In this document: positions 9,546 through 15,313 of the stretch, piece after piece
How positions within the stretch are numbered: position 1 is the stretch's first letter
Layout of the letters: each line of letters starts with the position of its first letter
Assembly: GCA_051294375.1 (NCBI GenBank)
Contig: CM119270.1
Location: 2,478,916-2,494,228 of the forward strand
DNA length: 15,313 nt
Direction: 5' to 3'
From: Paraspadella gotoi
Lineage: Eukaryota > Animalia > Chaetognatha
Translations under genes and position numbers: made by a program
The notes under the pieces: generated by a model
What the model saw: the letters and a program-made list of their open reading frames with translations, nothing else
The model's database searches: none
Told to the model about the DNA's origin: nothing

Positions 9546-10460
9546 CCCCCAGAATGATCAGAAATCTTTTTCCACTCGCCAAAATCGGGAAGGCGCTCCG
9601 GCGTTTGAGGAGAGGTATTTCCAATTCGCGTGTTTCACAATTTCAAAGCTCAGCAACTGCTCAGGCTGTGCGCTCTTAAAAGAATAAGCTATCTCTCCGT
9701 CTCTCGTTCTCAGGTCCGCATTCGAATCTCTCTCCTGTCCGTCATCTCTCTCCATTCTTTTTCATCTCAGTCGTCTGTCTCGCGTATTCTCTGCGTCTCA
9801 TCTCCTTCTAGATCTCCCTTCGTCTCTCTCTCCGCCGCCTCTCCGCATCTCTCCAGACGCTCTCATGCCTCTCATCACCATCACACAAGCTTTCACTGCT
9901 TTTTTTAAAAATTTCCCCTCGCCCGCTTTTAATCTGCGCAGCGCCATTTAGAGGCTGCTCGAAGGCGCCCCCTGGGTTCTTCGCTACAGACTTTAGCGGT
10001 TAAAGCTACAACATTTATCCATCTGTTCAAACATCGACTGCTTCCGAAACATTTTTCTTTTACATTCCCGAGCAATGATGAGTCATTTATAAAAATAGTA
10101 ACACGAGACACTTCTTTATTTGCTATAAATTTATTATAAAAGTTTGTAGTCGAGCGATATGCTGTAGTATGCTACAAATTATGCTACAGACAACTGTAGC
10201 TACCATAACCTCGGCGCCAATACGTCGGTTATAAAAATTACTCCGTTCTGAAAATACCCCCATAAATTTTCTCCCAACACAAACGACGTGAAATTTAAAA
10301 AAAAAGTTTTTTAAACGAAATGGTTGTTCTTTTTTTTTACTTCTCGAGTCTTTCGCTATCCGACGCCGCTTGGGGCGCTCTCTGCTGCCGCGCAGAGAAA
10401 AAAATATATATATATATAGAGAGAGATCCAGCTAAGACTCAGCAGTTATAGCTCAGCAGG

Positions 10461-10745
10461 CCCTTACACTCTCTCTTCTTACCCCTCAACCCCGAAGGCC
10501 TTACACCTCTTCACCTCTCAACCCTAAGGCACTACCCCTCTCTTGTATTTCCATCACCCAAGCACGTACCCTCTTCCTTACCCCTCAACCCCAAGCCTCC
10601 TACCTTCGTCCTTACTCTCTCAGCCCTCGGAAGGCCTACCCACTCTTTGGCCTTACCCTCTCACCCCAAGGCACCTCGTCTTCCTTTCAATTCCGAAGGC
10701 CTTACCTTTCTTACCTCCACCCCTCTTCCTCATACCCCGAAAGCC
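10461..10745 (+). repeat. Degenerate ~33-36 bp minisatellite (approximate consensus CCGAAGGCCTTACACTCTCTTCCTTACCCCTCAAC)
   Basis: The blocks cc(g/c)aagg(c), cttac and cccctcaac recur over about 8 units. Confidence 0.8.
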
Positions 10746-11285
10746 GTTACGGCTAACAAGGTAACAATGTGATGAGAAATTAAGAAAAATAATGGGAACA
10801 AACGGCGGAACGGGAGAGACGGCGCGCGTTTTGACGCCTGCTTTTTGACGCAAACAACGCCGGGCCACTCTGCTCTCTCTCTCTCTCTCTCTCTCCTCTT
10901 CTCTTCTCTCTCTCTCTTCTCTCTCTTGCGTCTCCATAATGCGCCTTTTTTGTAGCACGTGCCCTAATGAGTGATCAAACAGTCATTTATTTGAAATCCT
11001 TTTAAGGAAGAGGATCGGAGGGAGAAGCGAGAGTAAACCTGCCCAAACTAGGAACGCGTAACAAGTGACTCTTCAAACTTTTTCAACGCGAGAGAGAAGA
11101 GAGAAGTAGAGGAGAGAGAGAGAGAGAGAGAAGAGAGGAGAGAGAGAGAGAGGCGAGAACCTAAAATTCTAATCTTTTGAAAATGCCGGTTTAGGAGAAA
11201 AACGCTGGAATTATTTAAATGATGCTTCTTATCCCAAATAAAGAGAATTCTCTCTCTTCTCCTCTTCTCTCTCTCTCTCTCTCAG
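10461..11285 (+). repeat. Copy 1 of a ~0.8 kb near-tandem direct duplication
   Basis: It is colinear with 11655-12480 at an offset of ~1.2 kb. Shared anchors include aggtaacaatg, ctttttgacg, aacaacgccgggccactct, acagtcatttatttgaaatcc, gcccaaactaggaacg and cttcttatcccaaataaagagaattc. Confidence 0.9.
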
Positions 11286-11362
11286 TCTCTTCTCCTCTAC
11301 TCTCCGTCTCTTTCTTTCTCTCTCGCTTTCCGCCAATGACAAATGAAAAACGAACGAGAGAA

Positions 11363-11406
<44 letters not shown>

Positions 11407-11569
11407 AGAGACGAGAGGAGAAGAGAGAGAGAGAGAGAGAGAGGAGGGAGTTATAAATATCAAAAAGTGGNNNNNNNNNNNNNNNNNNNNNNNNNTAGGG
11501 ATTTTTTTTTTATTCTCAGCTCCGGCAGTTCTATCTGTATTATATTACCCACTTTTTTTTGATTCATAT

Positions 11570-11942
11570 TCTTACCCACAACCACAAGGCTTTAACTCTT
11601 CCTTGAACCCTCACCCGAAGGCTTACAACTCTCTCCTTACCTCAAACCCCGAAGCCTTACACCTTCTCTTCCTTACCCCTCAACCAGAAGGCCTTACACT
11701 CTTCTACCTCGTCAACCCCAAGGCACTACCCCTCTTCTTGATTTCCACAGCCCCAAGGCACGACCCCTCTTTCCTTACCCCTCAAGCCCCAAGGGCCCCT
11801 ACCTTCGTCTTACTCTCTCAGCCCTCGGAAGGCCTACGCCATCTCTCTTACCCTCCACCCCAAGGTCACCTCGTCTATCCCTTTCAATTCCGAAGCGCTT
11901 ACCGTCTTCTTACCTCCACTCCTCTTCCTCATACCCGAAGCC
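11570..11942 (+). repeat. Same ~33-36 bp minisatellite, second array
   Basis: About 10-11 degenerate units of the same consensus. Confidence 0.8.
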
Positions 11943-12461
11943 GTTACGCAACTAAGGTAACAATGGAGAGAAATTACAGAAAAATAATGGGAAAAACGGG
12001 GAACTGGAGAGACGCGCGGTTTTGACGCCGCTTTTTGACGCCAAACAACGCCGGGCCACTCTCGTCTTCTCTCCTCTTTCTCCATCTCTCTCTTCTCTCT
12101 CTCTCTCTCTCTCTCTCTCCTTGCGTCGTCCATAATGCGCTTTTTTGACTGTGCTGCACATATGAAGTGATAACAGTCATTTATTTGAAATCCTTTTTAA
12201 GAGGAGAGGATATCGGAGGGAGAGCGAGAGAAAACGCTGCCCAAACTAGGAACGTAACAATGACTCTTCAAACTTTTTCAACCGCGAGAGAGAAGAGAGA
12301 GGAGGAGAGAGAGAGAGAGAGAGAAGAGAGAGAGAGTAGAGAGACGAGAGAGCGCGTAATAATTCTAATCTTTTGAAAATGACCGGTTGAGGAGAAAACG
12401 GCGTGAATATTTAAAATGAGCTTCTTATCCCAAATAAAGAGAATTCTCTCTCTTCTCTCTC

Positions 12462-12480
<19 letters not shown>
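11655..12480 (+). repeat. Copy 2 of the ~0.8 kb direct duplication
   Basis: It has the same anchors as copy 1, and the differences are mostly 1-2 nt indels. A 25-N gap (11471-11495) separates the copies. Confidence 0.9.
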
Positions 12481-12492
<12 letters not shown>

Positions 12493-12593
12493 GAGAGTGA
12501 TATGAAAAAGTTATCAACAACAAAGACCGAATCGATGTCAAATTTCCGCCGATAAAACGAGATGAGATTTTAATAATTTACGCAGCCATCAAA

Positions 12594-12630
12594 GACGACG
12601 ACGACTACGACGACGACGACGACGACGACG
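12594..12630. repeat. (GAC)n microsatellite with one TAC interruption
   Basis: Read directly from the sequence; a shorter (GAC)n lies at ~4018-4037. Confidence 0.9.
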
Positions 12631-12729
12631 AGCCCTTAAACGAGTAGACCTAACGCTTAAGGGATAAAAGCGGAAGAAGCGTCGAGAATTGAGAAAACGA
12701 TTCGCCCGAAAAAGACTAAACGATTTCCC

Positions 12730-12961
12730 ATTGGACCGTTGCCTCTTAATCCTGACTTTCTATTGGTCCGTCGGCGATTTCCGCCAAGCTTCTTTATTTG
12801 TAGTGGACACGTCTCTGTAAAAAATCTTTGACCCGATTGGTCCTTTACTAACTCGCTCTGGCCTCTCATTGGTCCGATTTAAATTTAGGGAAAAAAGTGA
12901 GTTTTCTCACTTTCTTTCTTCTTTGATTGGACGCGCGAAGAGAATTAAGAACTTTGATTGG
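12730..12961 (-). promoter_or_regulatory. Cluster of six co-oriented CCAAT (NF-Y-type) boxes
   Basis: ATTGG starts on the plus strand at 12730, 12762, 12836, 12868, 12926 and 12957, giving spacings of 32, 74, 32, 58 and 31. The first four share the flank ATTGG(T/A)CC. Confidence 0.6.
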
Positions 12962-13288
12962 TTGATAATTGCCTTGAGATTTTGTAAAAAAATGTTGAGG
13001 GTAAAATTATTCTACGTTTTCATTCGTCGAAATAATAGAATCTCCAATTTCCCAAATATTGCTAATAATGTTTATAACTGTTTATAATATAAGCCTTAGC
13101 CAATAAGTTTTTTTTGATAAAACTTGAGAATAATTGCCAAACAGTTAAGGTGCTAAGAACATGAGCAAAAGTAATGTTTGACGTTGAGCTAAAGGAGAAA
13201 GATTGAGCCTAAGGGATTTAGTGATTAAACTATTGGGTCTAAGCGGTTGTACTAAAGGGATGTCTGCCTTCTATTTGCAAAAACTATT

Positions 13289-13290
<2 letters not shown>

Positions 13291-13383
<93 letters not shown>
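13291..13383. repeat. (TAT)31 perfect microsatellite
   Basis: Read directly from the sequence; it explains the poly-Leu ORF 13203..13421. Confidence 0.97.
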
Positions 13384-13384
<1 letters not shown>

Positions 13385-13629
13385 TTCACACTATTATCAC
13401 ACACCCACTTTGCCACTATAAACCCCTAAACCTTTTTAATCCACATCCCCAACCACAGCACAGTTTTGCCCACATCCCTACAACTCCACAACACCACAGC
13501 CCCACGTCACCATCTCTCTCCGCCACGCCTCGCGCCAAGGCGCCGCGCCGAATGGATGACCACATTTTTCTTTTCGAGATGTTTCTAAGACCATAAGGAA
13601 GAAAATGGAGATTTTTATGCTTTCTTAAG

Positions 13630-13865
13630 CTGCTCTGCTCTCTGTCTCCCCCTCTCTCTCTTTCTCTCTCGTCTCTTTCTCTCTCTCTCTATCTCTCTCT
13701 CTATCCTCACTCTCTCATTCATTCATTCTTCGTGATCCTCTCCCCATTCCTATTACTCTTTCAGTCCTATTTTTCCCTATTCCCTCTCTCTCTCCTCTCT
13801 CTCTCTCCTTCTCTCTCTCTCTCTCCTCTCTCTCTCTCTTCTCTCTCTCTCCTCTCTCTCTCTCC
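13630..13865. repeat. Imperfect (CT)n tract running into a gap
   Basis: Read directly from the sequence. Confidence 0.9.
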
Positions 13866-14531
13866 NNNNNNNNNNNNNNNNNNNNNNNNNNNNNNNNNNN
13901 NNNNNNNNNNNNNNNNNNNNNNNNNNNNNNNNNNNNNNNNNNNNNNNNNNNNNNNNNNNNNNNNNNNNNNNNNNNNNNNNNNNNNNNNNNNNNNNNNNNN
14001 NNNNNNNNNNNNNNNNNNNNNNNNNNNNNNNNNNNNNNNNNNNNNNNNNNNNNNNNNNNNNNNNNNNNNNNNNNNNNNNNNNNNNNNNNNNNNNNNNNNN
14101 NNNNNNNNNNNNNNNNNNNNNNNNNNNNNNNNNNNNNNNNNNNNNNNNNNNNNNNNNNNNNNNNNNNNNNNNNNNNNNNNNNNNNNNNNNNNNNNNNNNN
14201 NNNNNNNNNNNNNNNNNNNNNNNNNNNNNNNNNNNNNNNNNNNNNNNNNNNNNNNNNNNNNNNNNNNNNNNNNNNNNNNNNNNNNNNNNNNNNNNNNNNN
14301 NNNNNNNNNNNNNNNNNNNNNNNNNNNNNNNNNNNNNNNNNNNNNNNNNNNNNNNNNNNNNNNNNNNNNNNNNNTTGTATCTTTTAAGTAGGTCATGGTT
14401 GCCGAATAAATACAAATTTTTACAAGTGAACCAATATTTCGATTTTTTTTATTTATACGTCCAGACATTTTTAAAATTTTATCCAAAAAAAAAAAAAAAT
14501 AGATCTCCCTTATATATTTTTTAATATATTG

Positions 14532-14697
14532 TTTAGAGAGAAAATGAAAATTTTGTTATAACAATAAGTGAATTTATTAATTATTTAAATATGTTTCGAC
14601 TTTTATGGTTTTGCAAGTCTTCATCAGCACTTGCTGATTAATTAATAAATGATAAATTCACTTGTTGTTATAACAAAATTTTCGGTTTCTCTCTAAA
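14532..14697. repeat. Foldback / inverted repeat with 46-bp arms (MITE-like or hairpin)
   Basis: 14532-14577 matches the reverse complement of 14652-14697 at 43 of 46 positions. The 74-nt spacer contains a small palindrome, ATCAGCA-ct-TGCTGAT (14623-14638). No target-site duplication was seen. Confidence 0.85.
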
Positions 14698-15114
14698 ATC
14701 CTTTATAAACAACAAAAAAACAAAAAAAATTATATAATGTATTATAAAAATAGTAAACTTTTAATCTTTAAAAATTAAAAATATTCAGAAAAAAAATTCA
14801 GAAGACCGAGCCTTCTATAGGGAACCGCATCCGCTGCTGACCAAAGAAAATTATCACGAAGAAGATGGAGACGAGGAAAGTTTGGACAACTCAGATTTAC
14901 ACTGATAATTCTCAGCGGGAAAGGGNNNNNNNNNNNNNNNNNNNNNNNNNNNNNNNNNNNNNNNNNNNNNNNNNNNNNNNNNNNNNNNNNNNNNNNNNNN
15001 NNNNNNNNNNNNNNNNNNNNNNNNNNNNNNNNNNNNNNNNNNNNNNNNNNNNNNNNNNNNNNNNNNNNNNNNNNNNNNNNNNNNNNNNNNNNNNNNNNNN
15101 NNNNNNNNNNNNNN

Positions 15115-15313
15115 AAGAAAAAAAAGGAAAAGGAAAAAAAAGGAAAAGGGTAGAGGAAGTTAAAATAGAAAAGAAAAGAAGAGAAAAAGAAAAGAGTAGG
15201 AAAGGAAAAGAAAAAGAGGAAATAAAAGAGAGGAAGATGAGAAAAGAAGAGAGAAAATAGGAGGATAGAAAAAGAAAAAAGGAGGAAAGAAAAAAGAAGA
15301 TAGGAGAAAAGAA
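15115..15313. repeat. A/G-rich low-complexity tract
   Basis: The plus strand is almost entirely purines. Confidence 0.9.

Noticed and set aside
10461-11942. ~35-bp periodic repeats as a possible CRISPR array
   Set aside because: The units are degenerate along their whole length with no unique spacers, there are no cas genes, and the DNA is eukaryotic.
11219-12025. 268-aa plus-strand ORF
   Set aside because: It is built from CT/GA tracts, an N gap and the minisatellite, and the frame is not kept in the duplicate copy.
13732-15260. Long ORFs spanning N runs (also 3515..4189)
   Set aside because: They are open only because N codons contain no stops.

Overview
This is draft eukaryotic (animal) genomic scaffold, rich in simple repeats (CT/GA, TTTC, TTTG, TAT, GAC). 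It has six N gaps, three of them exactly 25 N, and signs of noisy long-read gap filling. Most ORFs in the supplied track are translations of microsatellites. The one firmly recognisable gene piece is absent from that track: a minus-strand exon (446-337) encoding the start of a FoxD-class forkhead domain (NLVKPPYSYIALITMAILQSPQ). It ends at a splice donor, so the rest of the domain should lie left of the window. A phase-compatible 57-nt candidate upstream exon lies at 4925-4869. A ~1.8 kb, apparently intronless, heavily frameshifted coding-like block (minus strand, ~8969-7158) has motifs tentatively resembling Mab-21/cGAS-like nucleotidyltransferases. Other features are an exact ETS-CRE composite 16-mer, six co-oriented CCAAT boxes in three pairs spaced 31-32 bp, a 166-bp foldback with 46-bp arms, two minisatellites, and a ~0.8 kb near-tandem duplication that is probably an assembly artefact.
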